Shown: positions 8,629-18,412, numbered from the stretch's first letter. The stretch is DNA of 64,000 bases from an uncultured virus (IMG/VR IMGVR_UViG_2687453420_000003) (IMGVR_UViG_2687453420_000003); one strand, 5' to 3'. A program made the numbers and translations. Notes: a model not told the origin generated them from the sequence alone.

Positions 8629-9678
8629 TTATTTGCATTTAGTGATTCTCATATTTACATACTCTGTTTGACCATTTAATACTGCTGCATAAGTAACTGG
8701 GTACTTTTCTTTAAATGTTTTAGTATCTAATTTATCTCTTTTCACCTCATATCTGCTTACTTTATAAAGTCCATCTGACCCATTTTTACTATCTCCTAGA
8801 TCTAAATATATGAGTTGTTTTAACTGCTCTTTTTCTTTTTCTAAATTCTTAATTTGTTCACCAATATCTTTATATTTTTCTAACTTATTTTCAGTTACAG
8901 ATACCTCTATATCATTGTCTAATGCTTGTTGATGCAATATATCCTTAGTTTCACAGTGAAGTCCTACAGGCATCGGAGGTATTTTTTTAAGAATATTGTT
9001 ATTCCAAAAACTCTCCCCTATTTCAAACAAAGCTTTTATATCACCATCATTTCTAGGAACTACTTTCCATTTAACCTCTTTCCCTAATAAATAAATTATT
9101 AAGAAGTACTTAAGTCCTGTAATCCCCATATACCATTGACATTGGCAGTAATATTCGTCTGGAATTTCTTCTCCCTGCCACATTTTACTTAAAAACTCAC
9201 TTGCTGTTTTTATCTCAATTCCTATTAATTCATCTTTAGATATAAATTTTATTTCTCCAGTATCCAGGTTTTCATAGAACTTATAATCCTGGTTTACTTT
9301 TGCTAAGCCATCTATATTTGCACTAAAGTATTCATATTCTTTATGGATCATCATGTAAGGGTACTCATAAGTAGTAAGCTTAATACCTGTATCTTTCTCA
9401 AAGTCTTCTTGTACCCACTCTCTTATAATAGGTTCCATTCTGTTACCAAACTTGGTGTTGATATTTCCTTTGAATTTTTCTGAAAATCCTAACTTTTCAT
9501 TAAATATAGTTAAGCTACTTCCATATTTACTAAAGCCTGCTATCTTTGCTATTTCTGAACCTCCTATACTATTGCATCTTTGACTTAACCATTTTGTTCT
9601 AGCTTCATCATCTTTTCTAGTGTCAAAAATTACTTTTATATTAGGAAACAAATTCTTGTCTTCTATAAATTCAACCAT
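8629..9678 (-). CDS. YqaJ-like viral recombinase exonuclease
   Basis: WLSQR..IGGSE, ANIDG, EIKT, YYCQCQWYM. Confidence 0.92.
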   Translation of the reverse strand: MVEFIEDKNLFPNIKVIFDTRKDDEARTKWLSQRCNSIGGSEIAKIAGFSKYGSSLTIFNEKLGFSEKFKGNINTKFGNRMEPIIREWVQEDFEKDTGIKLTTYEYPYMMIHKEYEYFSANIDGLAKVNQDYKFYENLDTGEIKFISKDELIGIEIKTASEFLSKMWQGEEIPDEYYCQCQWYMGITGLKYFLIIYLLGKEVKWKVVPRNDGDIKALFEIGESFWNNNILKKIPPMPVGLHCETKDILHQQALDNDIEVSVTENKLEKYKDIGEQIKNLEKEKEQLKQLIYLDLGDSKNGSDGLYKVSRYEVKRDKLDTKTFKEKYPVTYAAVLNGQTEYVNMRITKCK

Positions 9679-9933
9679 CTAAACTCACTCCTTCATTTTG
9701 CACCTATTCACCTCCTTGTAACTAAATCAACTAACTGTTATCGCAGTGGCCATACATTTTATTATGGTGTGGCTCTTATTTTCGCCTACTCCCGCTCTAA
9801 TTAGTTCATTTAGTTACAAGGATTTTGGTACTAATTGCAATGTTTTTGCATATACATAGACTAGAGAAGTATATGCATTTTTGCTGTAGTAAAATTTTTT
9901 AAAAAGGCTTTTCAGCCTTGCTTATCTATATAG

Positions 9934-10098
9934 TTATTCTTTTTCTAGTCCTTCTATGATTTTCTCTATAATCTCTGGTGGATACATCTCGGATAAAATC
10001 TTGGCATAAGCAGCACAAGCTTTTCTTTCTACTTCTTCTATTGTTGTATCTTCTGGAATTTTAATAGTTACTTTTTTAATTTCTGCACCTTTTGCCAT
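9934..10098 (-). CDS. 54-aa hypothetical protein (not in ORF track)
   Basis: Manual translation MAKGAEIKKVTIKIPEDTT...PPEIIEKIIEGLEKE with gagagg RBS. Confidence 0.7.
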   Translation of the reverse strand: MAKGAEIKKVTIKIPEDTTIEEVERKACAAYAKILSEMYPPEIIEKIIEGLEKE

Positions 10099-10106
10099 GA
10101 ATTTTG

Positions 10107-10265
10107 TTACCTCTCTTCTAATTTTTTTATAATTTCTTCAATTACCTCTGGAGGATGTTTTTTAACTAAGGCTCTGGCTAATATTTTCATAGCTTCATCT
10201 TGTATTTCTTCCATTACTTTTGGGTCTTCTGGATAGTTAACTATAATCTTTTTAATTTTGGCCAT
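10107..10265 (-). CDS. 52-aa hypothetical protein, paralog of 9934-10098 (not in ORF track)
   Basis: Manual translation MAKIKKIIVNYPEDP...PPEVIEEIIKKLEER with gaggag RBS. Confidence 0.7.
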   Translation of the reverse strand: MAKIKKIIVNYPEDPKVMEEIQDEAMKILARALVKKHPPEVIEEIIKKLEER

Positions 10266-10317
10266 AGCTCTCCTCCTCTCTTTACTTGGCTATTAATCAT
10301 CTTATGAATAGTTGTAT

Positions 10318-10524
10318 CTATTTGTTAAAATTATTTTTATTTATAGATTTAAGTGATGTTTCCATGCATTTATATTCCAAGACTTTTATAGTGTCCTCTA
10401 ACAGTTTTTTAGTAAATACTGCTGTAACATCTAGCCCTTTGAATTCTTTTTCTACAAGCTCTAATATTTTATCTATTGTTTCTTCTCTTTTCTCTTGTGT
10501 AACAATTACTTTTATATCTTCCAC
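10318..10524 (-). CDS. Hypothetical phage protein
   Basis: 68 aa, aggagg RBS. Confidence 0.65.
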   Translation of the reverse strand: MEDIKVIVTQEKREETIDKILELVEKEFKGLDVTAVFTKKLLEDTIKVLEYKCMETSLKSINKNNFNK

Positions 10525-10592
10525 ACTATTACCTCCTAAAGGGTTTTTTTACATTTTTGTCGAATATTAATAATTGAAAGGTGGTGAATATT

Positions 10593-10784
10593 ATGAGTAA
10601 TAATTCTGTCTCAGATCATGCCGCTTATTATCCTTCTATAACTCAGAAGTATCACGACTTAACCATGATGTACTTAGAAAAAAACTTTAAGTTCGCTAAA
10701 TCTAGTCCTAGTGATCTAATAAAGGAATATATGAAAGTTTATGAAGATCTTAGATCTACTTATAAAGAATTAAAAACTAAATAA
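10593..10784 (+). CDS. Small counter-oriented hypothetical protein
   Basis: aaaggtggtg RBS then ATG at 10593; opposite strand to the early operon. Confidence 0.6.
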   Translation: MSNNSVSDHAAYYPSITQKYHDLTMMYLEKNFKFAKSSPSDLIKEYMKVYEDLRSTYKELKTK

Positions 10785-10939
10785 TTTTGTAAGTTCTTTA
10801 GCTGAATCAATACTCATCCTCTCAAAAGTTGAAAGTATTGATTTTGCTTTTCTTATTCATTTTTTTAAATAAATTTTCTTCTATAAATCCCTCTGAATCA
10901 TATTTTTTAAAATCCTTAATTTTCATCTTTCTTCCCCCA

Positions 10940-11728
10940 CTATTTAGTGCAAGCTACTTCTTTTTCAGCTTGATATTTCATAAACTTATTTATAAAATAT
11001 ATCTGGCCTTTCCCAGTAATTTTTGGGGTCTTACTTATACTTATATGCCCATCTGAATGTGTAATGGATGTTTCCTTAACTTCAAATAATCCTAAATCCA
11101 TACTGTATTGAGTTGGCATATTGTAATCTGTTCCTTTTCTTTTTATTAAATATCCATTTTCCCTTAACCAGGCAAATAATCTTTTAGCACCTATATCTAT
11201 ACCATTTTGTTTAATTAACTTTGCTAGATCTCCTACTAAGATTGATGTATGTGAAGTTGATACTGCATCTGCAAATAGTACTTTGGGTTTTTGCTTTTTA
11301 AGCTGCTGCTTTTGTTCTTCATTTTCTAGTTTTAAATTTTGTACATTTCTATTAGCAATTTCTAGAGCTCTTTTCATTATCATTTCTGGACTATTCCACG
11401 CTTTTTCTACTGCTATAAAATATTGTCTTGCTTGCTTTCCTTTTTCATTTCTTTGTATCATTGCTAACTCTTTTGCCATATCTAATTTTATGGCATGATC
11501 TGTTATTTCCTGATAACCACCATTAGCTATTGGACTTTTTTGTTCAACTGTAACAAAATCAATATTTTCGTTAAAACCATATTCTCTCATTCTGTCAAAC
11601 CATTTTTTATATGGAGTTTTTATTTCTAAAAACTCATGTAATTCTCTTCCACTTACTATTACTTCTCCATATTCGGTTTGATTGATTGGTATAAGTTGTT
11701 GATTTTTAAAAATCTGTAAGCTACTCAT
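10940..11728 (-). CDS. Phage antirepressor (AntA/AntB plus KilA-C/ANT domains)
   Basis: VSGRELHEFLE, DMAKELAMIQR..GKQARQYFI, KPKVLFADAV, TPKITGKGQIYF. Confidence 0.92.
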   Translation of the reverse strand: MSSLQIFKNQQLIPINQTEYGEVIVSGRELHEFLEIKTPYKKWFDRMREYGFNENIDFVTVEQKSPIANGGYQEITDHAIKLDMAKELAMIQRNEKGKQARQYFIAVEKAWNSPEMIMKRALEIANRNVQNLKLENEEQKQQLKKQKPKVLFADAVSTSHTSILVGDLAKLIKQNGIDIGAKRLFAWLRENGYLIKRKGTDYNMPTQYSMDLGLFEVKETSITHSDGHISISKTPKITGKGQIYFINKFMKYQAEKEVACTK

Positions 11729-11785
11729 TCCCTCATCTCCCTTTTGTTCACTAATTTAATTTTTAAAGAACTACATAGACTATAT

Positions 11786-12025
11786 TTAAATAATGTTGGT
11801 GTCACTTTGTTGCAACGATTTTACTAAAAAAAATTTATCAAAATTTTCTTTAGGAAATGCTTGTTTAAAACCAGCTATAAATTGTTCTCCTGGATTACAT
11901 TGATTGTTCAAAACTCTCCATAAATGACTTCTAGATATGCACATAATATTAGCCATCTCTGTCATATTTAATTTGTTTTTGTTTTTTAATCGTATAAAAT
12001 TATCAATATTTAATTCTAGTACCAC
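11786..12025 (-). CDS. Cro-like XRE HTH regulator
   Basis: EMANIMCISRSHLWRVLN HTH; GTG start at 12025 after aggaggtg; divergent from repressor. Confidence 0.8.
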   Translation of the reverse strand: MVLELNIDNFIRLKNKNKLNMTEMANIMCISRSHLWRVLNNQCNPGEQFIAGFKQAFPKENFDKFFLVKSLQQSDTNII

Positions 12026-12143
12026 TAAGTCACCTCCTTTGTTGCATCGATGTGACACTTTCTATATATATTATATACATAATCGTAACAATTATGCAAC
12101 ACTTTTTTGAAAACTTTTTGAGAATTGTTTCATCTACGCAACA
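11800..12143. promoter_or_regulatory. Four 18-bp operator-like palindromes (consensus TGTTRCA-N4-TGYAACA)
   Basis: Sites at 11800-11817, 12040-12057, 12084-12101 and 12126-12143; three lie between the divergent cro and cI genes. Confidence 0.75.
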
Positions 12144-12180
12144 AATCAAGTAAAATACTAAGTATAAGGAGGATTTTATT

Positions 12181-12639
12181 ATGTTGAAAAAAATGATAAA
12201 TGAAAGTTTTGGTGAGTATATAACTAGATTAAGAAAATTAAAAGGATATTCTCAACGAAAACTAGCGTTAATAACTGGCATTAGCAATACTACAATAAGT
12301 AGAATCGAAAAAAATATTACTACAAATCCTGATTTAAATACCTTGAAATTGTTAGCACAACACTTAAATATAGATGAAATATATATGCTCGAAGCTGCTG
12401 GATATAAAGATGATTCAAACCATAATAAACAACTAAATAAAAAAGATGAAAAGGAAATAGAAAAAATATTAAATGAAACAAAAGAAAAATTAGGAAATGC
12501 AGAAGGTCTAATGCTAAATGGTGAACTTGCTACACCAGAAGCCATACAAAGTATATTAGATGCTATGAAAGTTGGCATGGAAATAGCCAAACAAAGAAAT
12601 AAAAAATATACTCCTGATAAATATAAGAAAAATAAATAA
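12181..12639 (+). CDS. CI/ImmR-like XRE repressor
   Basis: LRKLKGYSQRKLALITGISNTTISRIE HTH; C-terminal LMLNGE...KKYTPDKY; adjacent to ImmA. Confidence 0.88.
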   Translation: MLKKMINESFGEYITRLRKLKGYSQRKLALITGISNTTISRIEKNITTNPDLNTLKLLAQHLNIDEIYMLEAAGYKDDSNHNKQLNKKDEKEIEKILNETKEKLGNAEGLMLNGELATPEAIQSILDAMKVGMEIAKQRNKKYTPDKYKKNK

Positions 12640-12658
12640 CTCCTGAATAATAGGACTA

Positions 12659-13120
12659 ATGGTCAAATCATGGGAGGTATATGCATTGAATAAAATTATA
12701 AAAAATCAGGTTAATAAACTTATAAAAAAATATAATACACATAATGCTTTTGAAATAGCTGATGAATTGGGAATTATAGTTATAAAAGAGCCATTAGATG
12801 ATAATATTAATGGCTTTTACCAATACTTTAAAAGAAATAGGATAATTTACATCAATAGTAAATTAGATGAGCATAATCAACTTATTGTTGCATCACATGA
12901 ATTAGGACATGCTATTTTACATAGCAAACTTAATATAGTTTTTTTAGAAGAAAACACTTTCTGTGTTAAAAATAGATATGAAAAAGAAGCTAATATGTTC
13001 GCTATTGAACTCTTACTCCAAGATAAGACTTTAAATCAATATCTGGGATATACACTAGACCAAATTGCTGCTGCAGAAAGTATTCCATTAGAACTTCTCA
13101 AACTTAAATTTAAGGTTTGA
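12659..13120 (+). CDS. ImmA/IrrE family metallopeptidase (anti-repressor protease)
   Basis: HELGHAILH and EKEANMFAIELL. Confidence 0.92.
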   Translation: MVKSWEVYALNKIIKNQVNKLIKKYNTHNAFEIADELGIIVIKEPLDDNINGFYQYFKRNRIIYINSKLDEHNQLIVASHELGHAILHSKLNIVFLEENTFCVKNRYEKEANMFAIELLLQDKTLNQYLGYTLDQIAAAESIPLELLKLKFKV

Positions 13121-13316
13121 TTATTTTTTTGATTATCTCGGGAATATTTTCTATTTATGCATAATGTTGAAATAAGTCTAATTATGTAACACTCGACCAT
13201 TAAGAGAGCCTTTGAGCACCTGTCCATTAAAATAAATTTACTTATTTATCGAAATTAGATTTAATATGTAATTTATGGTATTATATACTATATACTGTTT
13301 ACAAGGAGGTTTATAT

Positions 13317-14756
13317 ATGAAAAAACCATTTTATACTGAGGAAGGACTTTTATTAATGCTTGCAATCCTTTCTATATTTTTTCAGCCATTATCAATACTA
13401 TGCGTTATTATAATTATAATGAAAATTCATTATAATAAAAAAATGGAAAAACAATTAGAAGAAACTACTAATAACAAAATTAAAGATGCGCAAAATAAAT
13501 TAAATGAATTAGATAATAAAATTCTAGACAAGCAAACTGAAGACAATTCATTAAATTTAAAACTTGAAACAATTCAGTCTAAGCTTAAAGACACAAATAT
13601 GATTATTAATAAAAAAGAGGATAAAATCAAACAATATGAAGAACAATTTAATATTATGAAAAATTTCAAATCATATAAAGATTTAGAAAAAGAATTAACT
13701 ACTTATGAAGTAGGTGTATTTAAAAAACAATATGCTTTTGAAATATCAGAAGAATACAGTGTAAAACTTAAAGAGATTCAAAAAAAGCAAGCTGATTACA
13801 TTAAAAATGGAAATGCAATAATAATAAATTTAAGTGAGTTTATTGAAACATTAGAATTAAACAAATCAACTCGAAATAAATTTGTTAGCTCTATTAGTAA
13901 ACTTGTATTAAGAGCATTTAATAATGAATGTGATGCAGCTCTTTCAAAAATAAATAGTAACAATATAACTAATATAAGAAAACGTATAGAATCTTCTTTT
14001 AATCAAATAAACAAACTTTCATCATTATTTGCAGTATCTATACATAGCGATTACTTAAAACTTAAAATAGAAGAGCTTCAGCTAGCATTTGAATATGAAG
14101 TTAAAAAACAAGAAGAAAAAGAAGAACAAAAAGCACTTAAAGAACATATGCGTGAAGAAGCTAAAGTTCTAAAAGAAATTGAAATAGCTAAGAAAAAAAT
14201 TGAAAAAGAAGAAACTCATTTTACCAACGCTCTTTCTGATGTTAAAAATAAACTTAAAAATGCTAATGATACTGAAAAAGAAAATTTACTAAAAAAACTT
14301 GAAGAATTAGAAAATAAAATAAAAGAAATAGAAGAAAATAAAAAAGATATACTTAATAGGGAACAAAATACTCGTGCTGGATACGTATATATAATTTCTA
14401 ATATAGGTTCTTTTGGTGAAAATGTTTATAAAATAGGTATGACTAGAAGACTTAACCCAATAGAAAGAATTTCGGAATTAAGTAGTGCATCAGTACCATT
14501 TTCATTTGACGTCCACGCTATGATATTTAGTGAAGATGCTCCTACGCTAGAAAATTCATTACATAAAATTTTTGAAAAATATAGTGTAAATAAAATCAAT
14601 CTTAGAAAAGAATTTTTCAGACTTCCACTAGATAAAATTGAACATGAAGTTAAGAAAAATCATAATGCAGTAGTTAAATTTACCAAGTTAGCAAAAGCAG
14701 AAGAATATAGGCAAACTTTAAAATTAGAACAATCTGAAGAAGTAGAATCTGCATAA
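13317..14756 (+). CDS. DUF4041 / T5orf172-domain membrane-anchored coiled-coil protein
   Basis: N-terminal TM; LRAFNNECD; RAGYVYIISNIGSFGENVYKIGMTRR; VPFSFDVHA; RKEFF; ATG at 13317 after ggagg. Confidence 0.85.
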   Translation: MKKPFYTEEGLLLMLAILSIFFQPLSILCVIIIIMKIHYNKKMEKQLEETTNNKIKDAQNKLNELDNKILDKQTEDNSLNLKLETIQSKLKDTNMIINKKEDKIKQYEEQFNIMKNFKSYKDLEKELTTYEVGVFKKQYAFEISEEYSVKLKEIQKKQADYIKNGNAIIINLSEFIETLELNKSTRNKFVSSISKLVLRAFNNECDAALSKINSNNITNIRKRIESSFNQINKLSSLFAVSIHSDYLKLKIEELQLAFEYEVKKQEEKEEQKALKEHMREEAKVLKEIEIAKKKIEKEETHFTNALSDVKNKLKNANDTEKENLLKKLEELENKIKEIEENKKDILNREQNTRAGYVYIISNIGSFGENVYKIGMTRRLNPIERISELSSASVPFSFDVHAMIFSEDAPTLENSLHKIFEKYSVNKINLRKEFFRLPLDKIEHEVKKNHNAVVKFTKLAKAEEYRQTLKLEQSEEVESA

Positions 14757-14779
14757 AAGCTCATATTTTATGGGCTTTT
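14756..14779 (+). terminator. Intrinsic terminator
   Basis: aaaagctcata-ttt-tatgggctttt followed by T-rich run. Confidence 0.6.
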
Positions 14780-14850
14780 ATTTTATACCTTATTTTGCAT
14801 ATTTACCTTTTAAGTTAATAAATATAAAATTGTATATGAGGTGATTACTT

Positions 14851-16473
14851 ATGAAAACAATAGCCATATATGCTCGTAAATCTCTTTTTACAGGTAAAGG
14901 GGATTCTATCGGAGCCCAAGTGGATACTTGTAAAAGGTTTATAGATTATAAGTTTGCTAATGAAAATTATGAAATTAAAATATTTAAAGATGAAGGTTGG
15001 AGTGGTAAAACCACAGATAGGCCTGACTTTACTAATATGGTAAATCTAATTAAAAGTAAAAAAATAGATTATGTAATAACTTATAAACTAGATCGTATAG
15101 GGAGAACTGCAAGAGATTTACATAACTTTCTATATGAATTAGATAATTTGGGTATTGTATATCTTAGTGCTACTGAACCATACGATACTACAACATCTGC
15201 TGGTAGATTTATGATTTCTATATTGGCAGCTATGGCACAAATGGAAAGAGAAAGACTTGCCGAAAGAGTTAAATCTGGGATGATACAAATAGCTAAAAAA
15301 GGCAGATGGCTTGGTGGTCAATGTCCTTTAGGATTTGATTCTAAAAAAGAAATTTATATTGATGATATGGGTAAAGAACGTCAAATGATGAAACTAATCC
15401 CAAATAAAGAAGAAATAAAAATTGTTAAACTTATATATGATAAATATTTAGAAATAGGGAGTATGAGCCAAGTAAGAAAATATTGTTTAGAAAATAGTAT
15501 AAGAGGTAAAAATGGTGGTGACTTCTCTACAAATACACTTAAGCAATTGCTTACCTCTCCTATTTATGTAAAAAGTTCTGATAATATATTTAAGTATTTA
15601 GAATCACAAAATATAAATGTATTTGGAACTCCAAACGGCAATGGTATGTTAACTTTTAATAAAACTAAAGAAATAAGAATAGAAAGAGATAAATCAGAAT
15701 GGATTGCTGCGGTTGGAAAACATAAAGGCATTATTGATGATAATAAGTGGCTACAAATCCAACAACAATTACAACAACAATCTGAAAAACAAATTAAAAG
15801 TTCTGGAAGACAAGGTACTACATCTACAGGTTTACTTTCTGGAATTATAAAATGTGAAAAATGTAGTAGCAATCTTCTTATAAAAACTGGTCACAAAAGC
15901 AAAAAAAATCCTGGAACTACATATAGTTATTATGTATGTGGTAAAAAAGATAATTCTTATGGCCATAAATGTGATAATAAAAATGTTAGAACGGATGAAG
16001 CAGATTCTGCTGTTATAACTCAACTTAAATTATATAATAAAGAATTACTTATAAAAAATCTTAAGAAAGCTTTAGTTCAAAATAAAAAAGCTGATACAGA
16101 TAATATTGAAATATTAGAAAGTAAACTAAAAGAAAAAGGGAAAGCTGTTTCCAACCTTATGAAAAAACTTTCCCTTGTTGATGATGAAAATATCTCTAAT
16201 ATAATTTTAAATGAAATAACTAATATTAACAAGGAAATTAATGATATTAAATTACAACTTTCTAATGAAACTGTAAAAATTAATGAAGTGAATAAAGCTA
16301 CTTTAGATACAGAAATATATATAAAGATATTAGAAAACTTCAATGAAAAAATAGATGGTATTACAGATCCTATAGAAAAAAGAAATCTTTTAAAAAGTGC
16401 CTTAGAAAGTGTTGAGTGGAATGGTGAATCTGGAGAATTTAGAATTAACTTAATAGGTTCTAAAAAAAAATAG
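14851..16473 (+). CDS. Large serine recombinase (prophage integrase)
   Basis: IAIYARKS catalytic Ser, DEGWSG..RP, KLDRIGR, recombinase domain, Zn ribbon CEKC...YYVC...C, coiled coil. Confidence 0.96.
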   Translation: MKTIAIYARKSLFTGKGDSIGAQVDTCKRFIDYKFANENYEIKIFKDEGWSGKTTDRPDFTNMVNLIKSKKIDYVITYKLDRIGRTARDLHNFLYELDNLGIVYLSATEPYDTTTSAGRFMISILAAMAQMERERLAERVKSGMIQIAKKGRWLGGQCPLGFDSKKEIYIDDMGKERQMMKLIPNKEEIKIVKLIYDKYLEIGSMSQVRKYCLENSIRGKNGGDFSTNTLKQLLTSPIYVKSSDNIFKYLESQNINVFGTPNGNGMLTFNKTKEIRIERDKSEWIAAVGKHKGIIDDNKWLQIQQQLQQQSEKQIKSSGRQGTTSTGLLSGIIKCEKCSSNLLIKTGHKSKKNPGTTYSYYVCGKKDNSYGHKCDNKNVRTDEADSAVITQLKLYNKELLIKNLKKALVQNKKADTDNIEILESKLKEKGKAVSNLMKKLSLVDDENISNIILNEITNINKEINDIKLQLSNETVKINEVNKATLDTEIYIKILENFNEKIDGITDPIEKRNLLKSALESVEWNGESGEFRINLIGSKKK

Positions 16474-16524
16474 AACCGCTTTTTCCAAAACAATCCAAAA
16501 TATCGTATTTTAACATAGGAAACA

Positions 16525-17463
16525 TGCCCTTGTCATTTAGCTGAAACAGGAGATTGTATATTATGTTCTCAGTTATCTGGCAAAAAATTTTGTGATTGTA
16601 TAAATTGGAAGGGTGTTTGTATATATCAAGAATTTATTTGGAACGGTAAAAAAGCTAAAGAGGAAAGAGAAACTTACTTAGGTAAAATTATAAAAAAGGA
16701 TAACATAGAGGATAAAACCATAGTGCTAACCATATCATTGAGCCATAAATTGTGTCAACAGTTGGTTTATCCAGGCAGTTTTGTATTTTTAAGAAACAAA
16801 AATGACTCTGGTTTTTATGATGCTCCTATTTCTATTATGGATGTAGATACAGAAGAAAACTTTATTAAGGTCGCTATTGAAATTAGAGGTGTAAAGACTA
16901 AGACTATAGCTAGTTTAAATAAAAATGATGATATTTGGGTAAGGGGTCCTTTCTGGAATGGGGTCTTAGGTCTCAAAAATGTTTATATGACAAAAGATGG
17001 AACTAGCCTTTTAATATCAAGAGGCATAGGTCAAGCGCCTTTAGTTCCTGTTATGAAAAAATTATACTCTAACGGAAATAAGATAATAGCTATAATAGAT
17101 AATTCTGGTTATGAAAATATATTGATAAAAAATTACTTAGAATTATACAATGCAGAGATTATAGAATTAAATACTTTAAAAGCTGGTGAGCTTACAGAGG
17201 AATTAAAAGACAAATTAAAAGAAATCCTAGATAAAGAAGATATTAATATAATTCATTGTTCTGCTCAAGATATTATAATATATAAACTTGTAGAATTTTT
17301 AGATGGGAAAGTGCCAATATCTAGTTCTAATAATGCAAAAATGTGTTGTGGTGAAGGAGTTTGTGGTACTTGTACTGTAAGATATAAAGGTCATATAGTT
17401 AAAAGACTATGTAAAGTTCAAACAGAACCTAAATATGTATTTAGAGAAAGAAGACTTATTTAA
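16525..17463 (+). pseudogene. Sulfide/dihydroorotate dehydrogenase-like FAD/NAD-binding Fe-S protein, 5'-truncated by prophage 1
   Basis: Frame is open upstream of the ORF-track start as CPCHLAETGDCILCSQLSGKKFCDCINWKGVCIYQE, back to an in-frame TAG at 16516 with no start codon; C-terminal MCCGEGVCGTC 2Fe-2S motif. Confidence 0.8.
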
Positions 17464-17473
17464 AGTTTAGAAA

Positions 17474-17497
17474 AACCCCAGGTATTTCTACCTGGGG
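17474..17497. terminator. Intrinsic terminator between convergent genes
   Basis: ccccaggta-tttc-tacctgggg stem. Confidence 0.75.
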
Positions 17498-17557
17498 CCC
17501 TTTGAATAACTTAAGCATTAAAAAATCTAATACTTTTCTTCTTTAGTGTGCTAATAC

Positions 17558-17725
17558 TTAGTGATTCTGTCTTAAAAATTTGTTGTACTCATTAAGCAAA
17601 TTGTCTAACTTTTGACTTAATAGTACAAGATCCTCATCAATGAGCTGAGATCTTTCACTTATTAGCTGGTTCATTAAAGTTCTAGCTTCTTCTATTTTCT
17701 CTAATAATAACTGCTCTTTTGACAT
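17558..17725 (-). CDS. Spo0E-like aspartyl-phosphate phosphatase (55 aa, not in ORF track)
   Basis: MSKEQLLLEKIEEARTLMNQLISERSQLIDEDLVLLSQKLDNLLNEYNKFLRQNH; SQxLD signature; aaaggagg RBS. Confidence 0.85.
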   Translation of the reverse strand: MSKEQLLLEKIEEARTLMNQLISERSQLIDEDLVLLSQKLDNLLNEYNKFLRQNH

Positions 17726-18368
17726 AGTATCCCTCCTTTCAATTTCAACTATATAAAATTGAAAGGATACTATGTAATAATTTCCCTATCTTGAAGGGTG
17801 CTTGTACTACCATTCGTCAAAGAATAGAAAGTAACTATATCATTCATTTTTGCCATCCATAGTGTCACACAAATAACTAATCATTTCTATCACTTTTAAA
17901 ATTACAAGGAACATCTCTTAAAACTCTTATTAAATTTGCAACAAAATGAGCAAAAATAAAAAGCTGTTGATAAAATATATTTATCAACAGCCTAATATAG
18001 CTTCTTAAAGGGAGCTAGCTATTTTCTAGTTTTCTATTTTATTTTCCTTAGAATCGGACAACTGCTTTTTTTCATTAGTTATTGAATCTGCTGGTTCGAG
18101 TAATTTTGATTGCTTTATTTGATTATTCATAACATAATCCGTCTAATTATTTATGTTCTAAATTCCTTTATCTATATATTTATTTAAACTACTTATTAAT
18201 ATTATATTAGCCATTAGCTTAATTTGACTCTCTAACATATAAACTTCAACTTTTCTCTATTTTTTCACAAAGAGTTATTATGAAATTTTATGTAAAGAAT
18301 TATTTTAATAATATTAAGATAAAGTAGGAGAATTATAACAACTAAAAAAGTTTATTTGACTATACAAT

Positions 18369-18404
18369 AGAAGCACATACTATTATTACTTAGTATGTGC
18401 TTCT
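18369..18404 (-). terminator. Intrinsic terminator of lipoprotein gene
   Basis: agaagcacatacta...tagtatgtgcttct inverted repeat. Confidence 0.7.
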
Positions 18405-18412
18405 TAATTACT

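Larger units (their letters stand above)
1..16520. mobile_element. Prophage 1 (early, immunity and integration half; continues left of window)
   Basis: Leftward operon of phage replication/recombination genes, divergent Cro/CI pair, ImmA and large serine integrase, followed by an abrupt switch to a 5'-truncated host gene at ~16520. Confidence 0.92.

Noticed and set aside
16077..16493. 138-aa minus-strand ORF as a directionality factor
   Set aside because: Almost wholly antisense to the integrase coiled coil, with F/S/L-rich shadow composition
16524..16544. Phage-provided replacement start (aggaaac-ATG) for the interrupted gene
   Set aside because: ATG is out of frame with the oxidoreductase and stops after 6 codons
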